Below, one piece after another: positions 1 through 9,111 of a stretch of 64,000 bases of DNA. Position 1 is the stretch's first letter. Every line of letters begins with the position of its first letter. The position numbers and the translations under genes were made by a program. Source of the DNA: Candidatus Saccharimonadota bacterium (GTDB taxonomy: Bacteria; Patescibacteriota; Saccharimonadia; Saccharimonadales; Saccharimonadaceae). The notes under the pieces are model-generated. The model had not been told where the DNA came from, made no database searches, and saw only the letters and a list, made by a program, of their open reading frames with translations. Location: the NCBI GenBank assembly GCA_017431105.1, contig JAFRLS010000036.1, positions 2,594-66,593 of the forward strand. Direction: 5' to 3'.

Positions 1-1
1 C

Positions 2-1663
2 GAGTTTGGCATTGGTAAGAACATGACTATTTTAGAATATAAGTCTGAAATGATAGTGATGGATATGGGCGTGCTATTTGCGGGGGAAGATTACCCTGGT
101 GTAAATTATTTGATTCCAGATATTAAATATCTCGAAGACAACCAAGATAAAGTGAAGGCAATTTTGTTTACGCATGCTCACCTTGATCATATTGGAGCTT
201 GCAGGCATTTGTTGCCGAAGTTCAATCCTTTGACACCGATTTACGGTACAGATTTTACGATTGGTATGATTAAGAAGCAAATGTCTGAACTTGATGATGT
301 ACCAGATTTAAATTATCAGGTAGTGGATCCGTTTAAACATGAAAAATTCCAGGTTTCTGAACATTTTTCGGTGGAATTTATTCACACTTTGCACTCGATT
401 CCTGGCAATACGGCAATCGTAGTGCGTACTCCGAATGGATTAATTTATTTCTCTGGTGACTGGCGTCATGAGGAACGTCCGATGGGCATACAGACTGATT
501 ATGAGCGAATCGATGAAATTGTGAAAAATGAAGGCGTAGATTTGCTTTTGAATGAATCAACTAATATTGATTCACCGGGCAAACATCCACATTCTGAATA
601 TGATGTGGGCGAAAACCTAGGTCGTGTGATGGACCATTATGTGAATGGTAGAGTAATTATTTCGTGTTTTTCGTCGCAGATTTCGCGTATTGAATTAATC
701 TTAAAAGAAGCGGCAGCTAGGGGACGTAAAGTTGCATTTTCTGGTTTTTCGATGATTAATAATATTGAGGTTGCTTTAAGATCGAAGTCTATTAAGGTGC
801 CAAAAGATACTATCGTTAAGATGGAAGATATCATTAAGATGCCGGATGAGAAGGTTTGTATTGTTTGTACTGGTTCACAGGGCGAAATGAATGCGGTGCT
901 AAGCCGAATGATTAGTGGTGCACATAAATATATAAAGATTAAGTCGACCGATACAATTGTATTTTCATCTAATCCAATTCCGGGCAATGAGCCGCACGTG
1001 GTGGGCACGGTGGATGGACTTTTGCGTGAGGGTGCACAAGTAATCCAAAACGGCAAGACGCATCTTACGAACATTGGGCCGTTGCATTTATCTGGTCACG
1101 CTTATTACGAAGATCATGTTGAGTTTGTGACAAGATTGCAGCCGAAGAATTATATGCCGTATCACGGTGAGTTTTATATGCTAGAACATAATGCCGAGAT
1201 GGCTGAGAATGTGATCGGGATTGATCGCTCACGGATTTTACTAGCCGATGATGGTGACATTGTGGAACTGATGCCAGATAAAACCATACGCAAAGCTGGT
1301 AGGATTCATGTTGGCAATAAGCTTTATGATGATGCGGATCAGCCAGTACACGAAGCGGTGGTAAAAGACAGAATTCATATCTCGCGCGAAGGGATTTTTG
1401 TAATCGTGTTGACGTTGAATAAAAAAACTGGGCATTTAATGAAGACGCCAGACATTGTGTCGCGTGCGTTTATCTATTTGGACAATTCCGAGGAGTTGAT
1501 TGGTAAGATTCGACACTATTTGCGGCAAAAAACCGATAAGTCAATTTCAACTGATCCCGAGATGAAAGTTTTGAAGGAAGAAATTAAAGAAGATATTACG
1601 CATATTTTGTTTGATGCGACTGGGCACACGCCGATTGTGATTCCAGTAATTAATAAAGTATAA
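2..1663 (+). CDS. rnj: Ribonuclease J (5' end lies outside the window)
   Basis: Frame is open from the window edge (EFGIGKNMT). Has the metallo-beta-lactamase THAHLDHIG motif, beta-CASP TGSQGE, HLSGHA, PYHGE and the C-terminal PIVIPVI typical of RNase J. Confidence 0.95.
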   Translation, partial: EFGIGKNMTILEYKSEMIVMDMGVLFAGEDYPGVNYLIPDIKYLEDNQDKVKAILFTHAHLDHIGACRHLLPKFNPLTPIYGTDFTIGMIKKQMSELDDVPDLNYQVVDPFKHEKFQVSEHFSVEFIHTLHSIPGNTAIVVRTPNGLIYFSGDWRHEERPMGIQTDYERIDEIVKNEGVDLLLNESTNIDSPGKHPHSEYDVGENLGRVMDHYVNGRVIISCFSSQISRIELILKEAAARGRKVAFSGFSMINNIEVALRSKSIKVPKDTIVKMEDIIKMPDEKVCIVCTGSQGEMNAVLSRMISGAHKYIKIKSTDTIVFSSNPIPGNEPHVVGTVDGLLREGAQVIQNGKTHLTNIGPLHLSGHAYYEDHVEFVTRLQPKNYMPYHGEFYMLEHNAEMAENVIGIDRSRILLADDGDIVELMPDKTIRKAGRIHVGNKLYDDADQPVHEAVVKDRIHISREGIFVIVLTLNKKTGHLMKTPDIVSRAFIYLDNSEELIGKIRHYLRQKTDKSISTDPEMKVLKEEIKEDITHILFDATGHTPIVIPVINKV

Positions 1664-1669
1664 TTATTG

Positions 1670-1753
1670 CGCACTGAAGTATACTTGTCATAAGTTGGAG
1701 TATGATTTTTGAGTACCGGAGTATGTTTGTTGGAAGTTAGAGTATGTTTTTGG
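1670..1753. repeat. Four degenerate 21-bp direct repeats (AGTAT core) upstream of gpx
   Basis: AGTAT occurs at 1678, 1699, 1720 and 1741 (exact 21-bp period), immediately before the extended -10 TGGTATAAT at 1751-1759. Confidence 0.7.
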
Positions 1754-1788
1754 TATAATTTTAGTATATCATTTAATGAAGGAGGAAT

Positions 1789-2325
1789 ATGTACGATTTT
1801 AAGGTGAAGAAACGCGACGGATCGGAATTGGATTTGAAGAGTTTGAAGGGCAAGGTCTTATTAATTGTGAATACGGCGACAGGCTGTGGGTTTACACCGC
1901 AATACGAAGGTTTGGAAAATTTGTATAAAAAATACCATAAAGACGGTTTGGAGGTTTTGGATTTTCCGTGTAATCAATTTGGGCATCAAGCACCAGGCAC
2001 AGATAATGAGATTCACGAATTTTGTACAGCTAAATATAAGACAACTTTCGATCAGCTGGCCAAGATAGAAGTTAATGGGAGCGAGGCAGCGCCAATTTAC
2101 CAATTTTTAAAAAGTGAGATTAGTGATGACCCAGAGCCAAAGGGTATGAAAAATAAAATTGCCATGAAGGCAATTTCAAAGATACCAGGCGTAGGGAAAG
2201 AAAAAGGGTTTATCAAGTGGAATTTTACAAAGTTTCTCGTTGATCGTGATGGTAAAGTAGTGGGGCGGTTTGGTCCAACCGACAAGCCTGAAGAAATGGA
2301 AGCTAAGATTAAGGAGCTGTTGTAA
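1789..2325 (+). CDS. Cys-type glutathione peroxidase-family peroxidase
   Basis: NTATGCGFTPQY, FPCNQFG and WNFTKFL motifs; SD GAAGGAGG. Confidence 0.93.
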   Translation: MYDFKVKKRDGSELDLKSLKGKVLLIVNTATGCGFTPQYEGLENLYKKYHKDGLEVLDFPCNQFGHQAPGTDNEIHEFCTAKYKTTFDQLAKIEVNGSEAAPIYQFLKSEISDDPEPKGMKNKIAMKAISKIPGVGKEKGFIKWNFTKFLVDRDGKVVGRFGPTDKPEEMEAKIKELL

Positions 2326-2576
2326 TGGAAATTTTGGATTTTTATGCGGATTGGTGTGGGCCATGCCAGATGATGAAGCCAATTATGGAGGAATTTGAAA
2401 AAGCGCATCCGGAAGTGAAAATAACAGCGGTAAATATAGATGAAGACGAAGAAATAGCTGACAAATATGGCGTTTCGGGAATCCCGTGCATTGTGATCTT
2501 AAAAGACGGCAAGGAGATTAATCGTGCTGTGGGTGTGCAACCGCTGAAAAAACTTGAAAAGATGATAGGAAAGTAG
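2325..2576 (+). CDS. trxA: Thioredoxin
   Basis: DFYADWCGPC active site; TAATG overlap with the upstream gene. Confidence 0.93.
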   Translation: MEILDFYADWCGPCQMMKPIMEEFEKAHPEVKITAVNIDEDEEIADKYGVSGIPCIVILKDGKEINRAVGVQPLKKLEKMIGK

Positions 2577-3488
2577 ATGGCAGAAAAAGTATATGATGTA
2601 ATTATCGTGGGGGCTGGAATTGCTGGTATGACAGCAGCGATTTACGCAAGGAGAGCGAATAAGTCTACGTTGGTTTTAGAAAGTAAAACTTATGGTGGAC
2701 AGATAATTAATACCTTTAACATTGCAAACTGGCCAGGTGAACCGGGGATTTCGGGTGTAGATTTATCGCAGAATATTTATAAACAAGTGGAAGATTTAGG
2801 TGCGGAGGTTGAATTTTCTGAGGTAATTACCGTGAAGGATAATGGCGAGACTAAGGAAATTGAAACTGATGACGGCATGTACGTGGGACGAAGTTTGATT
2901 ATCGCGGTGGGTTCAGTGGATCGTGAAATGGGAGTGCCACGTGAACAGGAAATGACTGGACGTGGGGTGTCGTATTGCGCTACTTGTGACGGGGCTTTTT
3001 ATAAGGATAAGGATGTAGTTATTGTGGGTGGTGGCAATACTGCGTTTTACGATGCTTTGTATTTGGCGGACGTAGCAAAAAAGGTATATTTAGTACATCG
3101 GCGAGATAGTTTTAGGGCGGATGCAGCATTGGTTGAAAAAGTGCGTGCCAAGAAAAATGTGGAATTTGTGTTGGAAGTGCGCCCAGTGGAAATATTAGGC
3201 GAGAAAAAAGTTGAAGGTTTGGTAGTAGAGAAAAAAGATGGAAAAAAACAGAATCTGGTAGTAGATGGGGTTTTTGTAGCTGTGGGGCGTGTACCGGCGA
3301 CTAAGATTTTTTCTGATTTGATAGATTTGGACAACAAGGGATATGTTGTAGCGGGGGAAGATTGTCGCACGTCTTGTGCGGGGGTGTTTGTGGCGGGGGA
3401 CTGTCGCACTAAAGATGTGAGGCAGCTTGTGACAGCGGCGAGCGATGGCGCAATAGCTGCAAACGAAGCTGTGCGATATTTGGGATAA
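2577..3488 (+). CDS. trxB: Thioredoxin reductase
   Basis: GAGIAG FAD motif, SYCATCDG, GGGNTA and VAGD. Confidence 0.95.
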   Translation: MAEKVYDVIIVGAGIAGMTAAIYARRANKSTLVLESKTYGGQIINTFNIANWPGEPGISGVDLSQNIYKQVEDLGAEVEFSEVITVKDNGETKEIETDDGMYVGRSLIIAVGSVDREMGVPREQEMTGRGVSYCATCDGAFYKDKDVVIVGGGNTAFYDALYLADVAKKVYLVHRRDSFRADAALVEKVRAKKNVEFVLEVRPVEILGEKKVEGLVVEKKDGKKQNLVVDGVFVAVGRVPATKIFSDLIDLDNKGYVVAGEDCRTSCAGVFVAGDCRTKDVRQLVTAASDGAIAANEAVRYLG

Positions 3489-3507
3489 TGTGGTATAATT
3501 AAAGGGT

Positions 3508-3592
3508 GCTCGGATGGCGGAACTGGTATACGCGTTCGACTTAAAATCGAATGGAGCAATCCGTGCGGGTTCGATTCCCGCTCCGAGCACCA
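3508..3592 (+). tRNA. tRNA-Leu(TAA)
   Basis: Acceptor stem GCTCGGA/TCCGAGC, anticodon arm TTCGA-CTTAAAA-TCGAA, long variable arm, GGTTCGATTCC T-arm, encoded CCA. Confidence 0.95.
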
Positions 3593-3602
3593 CTTAGATT
3601 GT

Positions 3603-4421
3603 ATGAATATTTTATATTGTGGCGATCAGGGCATTAAAAATGGAGTTTTAGTGTCTATTTTGTCGCTTATGAAGCATAATGAAAATCCGCTGAATGTCTA
3701 CATTATGACAATTAGTTATGAAACTACGAAGCCTTTTACCAAAAAATCGGCTTCGTTTTTAGATTCGCTGGTTAAGAAGAAAAATGCAAAGAGTTTTGTG
3801 AAGTTAATTGATGCGACGGAAGTATTTGTAAAAAACCTACCAAAAAAGAATATGGGTTCATATTTTACGCCATGCTCGATGCTTAGACTCTATGCAGATA
3901 GAGTGCCAGAGCTTGCGAAGCTGGATAGAATTTTGTATTTAGACTATGATATTGTTTGTCGCAAAGATATCGGAGAATTATATAATACAGATTTAGATGG
4001 GATTGAAGCGGCGGGTGCGCTGGATATTTATGGTAAACATTTTTATCATTATCATGGTTTGAAACAAGATTATATGAACTCTGGCGTAATGCTATTTAAT
4101 ATGGTGGAGTGTAAGAAAAATAAGATGTTTGAAAAGGCGGTAGCGCTTTGCATGAAACGCTGGATGATGCTGGCAGACCAGGCAGCGCTAAACAAATCGA
4201 TTAAAAAACGTATCATATTACCAAGGAAATATAATGAGCAGGGTGAGCGTCCGCGCAAGGATACGGTTTTGCATCATTTTAGCAATAACTTCAAGTTTTG
4301 GCCGTATTTTAGGGTACAAAAAGTGAAATCGTTTGAAATAGATAAAATTCACAATGTTTTAAAAATTACTGAGTACGATGATATACTAGAAGAGTATAAA
4401 AAACTTAAGGATAATTTGTAA
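3603..4421 (+). CDS. Glycosyltransferase family 8
   Basis: RILYLDYD, YMNSGVML, DQAALN and LHHF motifs. Confidence 0.85.
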   Translation: MNILYCGDQGIKNGVLVSILSLMKHNENPLNVYIMTISYETTKPFTKKSASFLDSLVKKKNAKSFVKLIDATEVFVKNLPKKNMGSYFTPCSMLRLYADRVPELAKLDRILYLDYDIVCRKDIGELYNTDLDGIEAAGALDIYGKHFYHYHGLKQDYMNSGVMLFNMVECKKNKMFEKAVALCMKRWMMLADQAALNKSIKKRIILPRKYNEQGERPRKDTVLHHFSNNFKFWPYFRVQKVKSFEIDKIHNVLKITEYDDILEEYKKLKDNL

Positions 4422-5248
4422 TGGCGAAGGCAGAATTGTTTCAAAAAGATATCCCAAAAGAAGAGCGGGTATTTTATTACGAGTCCGAAGAAGATGACCC
4501 GATAAAAACTGATGAACAGGAAAAGAAAGTTGAAGTTGGCTTGCCGGAAGGATATGAATTTATTCCAAAAAACCCTTTTGTGAGAATGTATTCGTCGATA
4601 TTGTTTAGGGGGTTTAAGTTGTTTGGGCAATATTATGAACGTGGGTATTGGCAAACGAAATTTTATGGGCGGGAAAAATTAAAACAGGCGAAGGGTAAAG
4701 GCTACGTGATTTATGCAAATCACACTAATCCGTTTCATGATGTGTTTGGGCCGGCCTTAGCGGCAGATCGCCGGATTTTTACGATTATTAGTCCGGTGAA
4801 TTTAAAAATTCCTGGGATAGGTAAGTTTTTGCCAATGATTGGTGGGTTACCACTTGGCAAAACGGCGGATGAGAAAAAAGCGTTTAATGAAGCAGTGGAT
4901 AAAAGATTAAAGCAGAAAAAAGTTTTGGTGATTTATCCGGAGGCACACGTGTGGCCATACACGACTAAAATTCGTAAGTTTCCGGCTGGAGATAAATCAT
5001 TTAAATATGCAACGAGGAATAATTTGCCGATTTTTACGATGACGACTACTTATCACAAACGAAAAAATAACAAGCGTGGAGAATTGCCGCGGATGGATGT
5101 TTATATTGATGGGCCGTTTTGGCCGGATGCCAAGTTGAGCGAGGATGAGAATCGGGCTAAATTGGCGCAAGAAGCTTATGATTCTATGGTAAAATGGTCT
5201 AAGAAAAATAGTTACGAATATTTTGACTATAGAAAGAAAAAGAAATGA
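4421..5248 (+). CDS. PlsC/LPLAT-family acyltransferase
   Basis: ANHTNPFHD catalytic block and IYPEAH (FPEG-like) block. Confidence 0.75.
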   Translation: MAKAELFQKDIPKEERVFYYESEEDDPIKTDEQEKKVEVGLPEGYEFIPKNPFVRMYSSILFRGFKLFGQYYERGYWQTKFYGREKLKQAKGKGYVIYANHTNPFHDVFGPALAADRRIFTIISPVNLKIPGIGKFLPMIGGLPLGKTADEKKAFNEAVDKRLKQKKVLVIYPEAHVWPYTTKIRKFPAGDKSFKYATRNNLPIFTMTTTYHKRKNNKRGELPRMDVYIDGPFWPDAKLSEDENRAKLAQEAYDSMVKWSKKNSYEYFDYRKKKK

Positions 5249-6213
5249 GTATTTTTAATACTGGTTTGCCACTAGATAAATTTACTAAGGTTGTGCCGGT
5301 TTTTATGGCAATTAATAGTGCCTATGCGCCATATGCGGCGGCCGCAATGCATTCGTTGACTCAAAAGTGTGATAAAAATCGTTATTATAAAGTAATAATC
5401 CTGCACGATGGGTTAAATTGGGCGAATAGGGTGCGTTTGAGGAGTCTGGTGACTGATAACGTGGCGATACAATTTAAGAAAATTACAAATAGTTTATATT
5501 TGAGAGCAATAGTTAAATACTGCTCAAGGGAAAAGGGCGCTGGCGATTTCTTTTCATCTGCAGTGTATTATTATCGTTTTTTCATTCCGCGACTTTTTCC
5601 GATGTACAAAAAAGCAGTTTATATAGATAGTGATACGATTTTGACTGGTGATATTGGTGAGTTGTTTGATATTGATTTAGGTGATAATGTTATTGCTGCA
5701 ATGATAGACCCAAAAGTGACCGTGATAAAAGAATTTAGGGATTATGTAGATAATGCTGTAGGTGTACCACATGATGAATACGTTAATTCCGGTGTGATGC
5801 TAATGGATCTTAAAAAAATGCGAGAAGTACATTATCTATCAACAATGGTGGAGTTGATTGACAAATATAACGCGGATTTGGTAGCGCCGGATCAAGACTA
5901 TTTAAATATAATCTTGCGAGGACAAATTAAACATTTGGATAGTTGTTGGAATACTGAGCCAGCTGATGATTTGCCAAAAAACACAAAGTTGGTGCATTTT
6001 AATTTGTTTAATAAACCATGGCGATATACAGATGTGCCATGCGAAAATTTATTTTGGAATGCGGCAAGAGGTACTGGATTCTATGGCGATTTGAGGCGTC
6101 AACAGCAAGCGTTCAATGAGGCAAAGCAGGCCGAGGATCATCATAAGGTCGAAGCGTTGATTAAAAAAGCGGAAAGACTTGCCAAAGTAAAAAAGCCGTT
6201 GATTAAGTTATAA
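5245..6213 (+). CDS. Glycosyltransferase family 8
   Basis: YYRFFIP, YIDSD, YVNSGVML, PDQDYLN and HFNLFNKPW motifs. Confidence 0.88.
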   Translation: MSIFNTGLPLDKFTKVVPVFMAINSAYAPYAAAAMHSLTQKCDKNRYYKVIILHDGLNWANRVRLRSLVTDNVAIQFKKITNSLYLRAIVKYCSREKGAGDFFSSAVYYYRFFIPRLFPMYKKAVYIDSDTILTGDIGELFDIDLGDNVIAAMIDPKVTVIKEFRDYVDNAVGVPHDEYVNSGVMLMDLKKMREVHYLSTMVELIDKYNADLVAPDQDYLNIILRGQIKHLDSCWNTEPADDLPKNTKLVHFNLFNKPWRYTDVPCENLFWNAARGTGFYGDLRRQQQAFNEAKQAEDHHKVEALIKKAERLAKVKKPLIKL

Positions 6214-6274
6214 AAAAAGAAGACACTATACTGCTCATTGGGACGTGGAAGGCCCGGATTTTTTCGCAAAAAAA

Positions 6275-6348
6275 TGGAGGTGCCTACCGGAATTGAACCG
6301 GTGTACGCGGTTTTGCAGACCGCTGCGTAACCACTCCGCCAAAGCACC
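6275..6348 (-). tRNA. tRNA-Cys(GCA)
   Basis: Reverse complement reads GGTGCTT...GCGGT-CTGCAAA-ACCGC...GGTTCAATTCC...AGGCACC-T-CCA. Confidence 0.95.
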
Positions 6349-6374
6349 AGTAGCTTTATTATAGCATGAAAATA

Positions 6375-7304
6375 CTAAATCTGTACTTGCATTATTATTA
6401 TACCGATTACAACGAGAACGGTTGCTATAAGATGAACTCGTACGGTTTTACGGTCGAGTTTTTCACGACCGAATTTGGGCCAAATTAATGTTAAAACTAG
6501 CCCCAAGAAGAATATAGCGATTGGCTCACCAGTGTCGGAAATGGCTGATGCGAAAGCTACGGTTGGTGCGGTTGCTAATCCGATGCGGTAGGAAAAATCT
6601 GCTACAACGGCAACAACTGTGTTTATGGTGATTGGTATAAGAGCTTTGTTTTTGCTTTCTTTGACGACATGACGAAAGCGTTTGCGCCATTTTGGTTTGA
6701 AGGCGACGATAAGTATGTTGCCAATACCTTTACCAAATAAAACTATAGCGAGACTACTAGTAAGATTGAGACCGGAGCCGTTTTCCATAACAAAGATTAA
6801 AGCGCTAGCAACATATGTAATGATAAATAGCGAAGCATACATGATAGCTTTTAGTCTAACTTTACGACTGCGTTTTCTGGTGTTGAGGAGAATAATAACT
6901 GGCGCGGATAGAATAATAGCAAAGGAAACAAGTTGAAGTGGCGAAAACGATTCGCCGAGCAAGAACCAGCCCAAGATTAAATAGAGAACTGGTGCGGACT
7001 GAATAAAGATGCCAAGGTTAATAGAATCATCGCATTCGAGAGCTTTTAAATATGGTATGCTACCGATGCTACTGATGATGCCAGTCGAGAAAATAAGAAT
7101 AATTGAGAGCACATCGGCATCTTGAAAATTGATGCCAAAAATTAAAGCCATTACAATGGCATAAATTACGTAGGCAAAACCAGATAATGTTTTAACTGAG
7201 TTAGCTTCACGACCTTTGAAATAAAAATCAGTTACGTAATTATCGATAAAAATTGCCATTGAGGCAGAAATGATATTTATGGCAATGAATATTATCCAAT
7301 TCAT
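6375..7304 (-). CDS. EamA/DMT-family membrane transporter
   Basis: About 10 hydrophobic segments in two repeats; LGWFLLGE motif. Confidence 0.75.
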   Translation of the reverse strand: MNWIIFIAINIISASMAIFIDNYVTDFYFKGREANSVKTLSGFAYVIYAIVMALIFGINFQDADVLSIILIFSTGIISSIGSIPYLKALECDDSINLGIFIQSAPVLYLILGWFLLGESFSPLQLVSFAIILSAPVIILLNTRKRSRKVRLKAIMYASLFIITYVASALIFVMENGSGLNLTSSLAIVLFGKGIGNILIVAFKPKWRKRFRHVVKESKNKALIPITINTVVAVVADFSYRIGLATAPTVAFASAISDTGEPIAIFFLGLVLTLIWPKFGREKLDRKTVRVHLIATVLVVIGIIIMQVQI

Positions 7305-8278
7305 ACTGCGAGTGCCTCATATATTACGAACGAATAATAGAGAGCGAAGATTAGCAACAACATGAGCGCATTTAATCTGCTGATTTTATGATCTTTTCTT
7401 GTAAAAGCGAATAATAATATGGCGGATAGGATTAGCATGGCGAGATCAATCATTTGAAAACTTTCAGGTGTGATGGTGCCGAAAATTGCTACTGGTAATC
7501 CCATAACAATACAAATGTTGAATATATTGCTGCCGATAATATTACCGATAACTAAATCGGTCTCTTTGCGTCTAGCTGCTACGATAGTTGTGATGAGTTC
7601 TGGGAGAGAAGTACCGAACGCTACGATAGTTAAGGCGATAATACGATCCGTAACGCCAATAGTTGAGGCGATGGTGGAGGCACTATTTACTACTAATTGG
7701 CTGCCGGCGATTAGACCAGCGAAGCCGATAACGCTGAGAAGGAGTGATTTTCCAAGTTTGTATTTTGGTTTTTCGGTTTTTTTGGCTTTGACTTCGCGGT
7801 TTTTCTTGGCCATTGTAATGAGGTAATAGAGGAAAATACCGAAGAATAATAGGCAAATGATGGCATCACTTCTGGTAATTTCATTGGTTTGGCCGTTGGC
7901 TAAGGAAATATCAAGAAACAGAACAACTAGAGCGGTAGAGATGAGAAGAAGAATGGGGAGCTCTTTTCTGACTGTGTTTCTTTTAACTCTAATGGGGTAG
8001 ATTAGTGCGCCGATACCAATCAATAGCAATGAATTTAGAATATTACTGCCGATGACGTTGCCGAGCAGCATGTCGGTATTACCGGAAATGAGGGAACTGA
8101 CGGAAACTGCTAGTTCTGGCGCACTGGTGCCGAAAGCTATAATTGTGAGACCAATTAACATTTTGGAGACTTTGAAATTTGAGGCAGCCGAAGAAGCTCC
8201 ATCAACTAACATATCAGCACCCTTGATTAGAAATAAGAAACCAATAATTAGTAAGAGTAGTTGTAAAATAATATTCAT
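7301..8278 (-). CDS. Calcium/sodium antiporter (YrbG family)
   Basis: Two alpha-repeats: GTSAPE...GNVIGSN and GTSLPE...GNIIGSN. Confidence 0.92.
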   Translation of the reverse strand: MNIILQLLLLIIGFLFLIKGADMLVDGASSAASNFKVSKMLIGLTIIAFGTSAPELAVSVSSLISGNTDMLLGNVIGSNILNSLLLIGIGALIYPIRVKRNTVRKELPILLLISTALVVLFLDISLANGQTNEITRSDAIICLLFFGIFLYYLITMAKKNREVKAKKTEKPKYKLGKSLLLSVIGFAGLIAGSQLVVNSASTIASTIGVTDRIIALTIVAFGTSLPELITTIVAARRKETDLVIGNIIGSNIFNICIVMGLPVAIFGTITPESFQMIDLAMLILSAILLFAFTRKDHKISRLNALMLLLIFALYYSFVIYEALAV

Positions 8279-8395
8279 TTTTTGTTTTGATTAAGTTTAC
8301 GCTTATACTATAACATACTATTTATAAAAATACTAGTCTATATTAGAGTTTTTCTTGTTTTTTTTATCTTTTTTGATATAATGAAAGGGCGACGT

Positions 8396-8472
8396 GCGAA
8401 TGTAGCTCAGTTGTTTAGAGCGCTTCCTTGCCAAGGAAGAGGTCGAGAGTTAGAGTCTCTTCATTCGCACCA
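8396..8472 (+). tRNA. tRNA-Gly(GCC), non-canonical D- and T-loops
   Basis: Acceptor stem GCGAATG/CATTCGC, anticodon arm CTTCC-TTGCCAA-GGAAG, T-loop TTAGAGT, CCA end. Confidence 0.9.
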
Positions 8473-8534
8473 TTTTTGTTCTAGAATTTATATTAGTTGT
8501 GCTATAATGGTTATATAAATTAAAAGGAGAGAAA

Positions 8535-9110
8535 ATGGAGCCAATAGGAATAATATTAGTTATAGTGGCGATTATTATTGCAATAATTGTAGCTATAATT
8601 GGAGTTTATAATAGCCTAGTTACTTTAAATGAGCGCGTAAATGAAGCTTGGTCTGACATCACGGTTCAGCTCAAATATCGTGCAGACTTAATCCCAAACG
8701 TGGTAGAAACTGTAAAAGGCTACGCTAAACATGAGAAAGAAACTTTCGAAATGGTAACTGAAGCACGCTCGGCTGTGATGGGCGCTAAGACTGTAAAGCA
8801 GGCGGCTGAGGCTGAAAATGCAATGCAAGGTGCTTTAGGTAAGATTTTTGCAATCGCTGAAGCTTATCCTGAACTTAAGGCAAATACGAATTTTCAAACT
8901 TTGCAAACTCAACTTCAAGATGTGGAAGATAAAATTCAAGCAGCACGTCGTTTTTACAACTCTGGTGCTAAAGAATTGAATACCAAGATTAAGACTTTCC
9001 CAGCAAGCGTGATTAATAATATGTTTGGCCATTTCAAGAAGCGTGACTATTTCGAAGTAGCTGATACTGAAAAGGCTAAAATTGAGAAGGCTCCTGAAGT
9101 AAAGTTCTAA
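8535..9110 (+). CDS. lemA: LemA family protein
   Basis: N-terminal TM; AWSDITVQLKYRADLIPN, AEAYPELKAN and ARRFYN motifs; SD AAGGAG. Confidence 0.93.
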   Translation: MEPIGIILVIVAIIIAIIVAIIGVYNSLVTLNERVNEAWSDITVQLKYRADLIPNVVETVKGYAKHEKETFEMVTEARSAVMGAKTVKQAAEAENAMQGALGKIFAIAEAYPELKANTNFQTLQTQLQDVEDKIQAARRFYNSGAKELNTKIKTFPASVINNMFGHFKKRDYFEVADTEKAKIEKAPEVKF

Positions 9111-9111
9111 A

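Noticed and set aside
1670-1753. Possible CRISPR array or iterons
   Set aside because: Units are short, degenerate and contiguous with no unique spacers; no cas or rep genes in the window.
1880-1895. Selenocysteine in the glutathione peroxidase
   Set aside because: The active-site codon is TGT (Cys); no in-frame TGA.
6214-6274. GC-rich patch downstream of tRNA-Cys as a small RNA or att remnant
   Set aside because: Only a weak GGG/CCC stem, no promoter and no duplicate of the tRNA end; not supportable.
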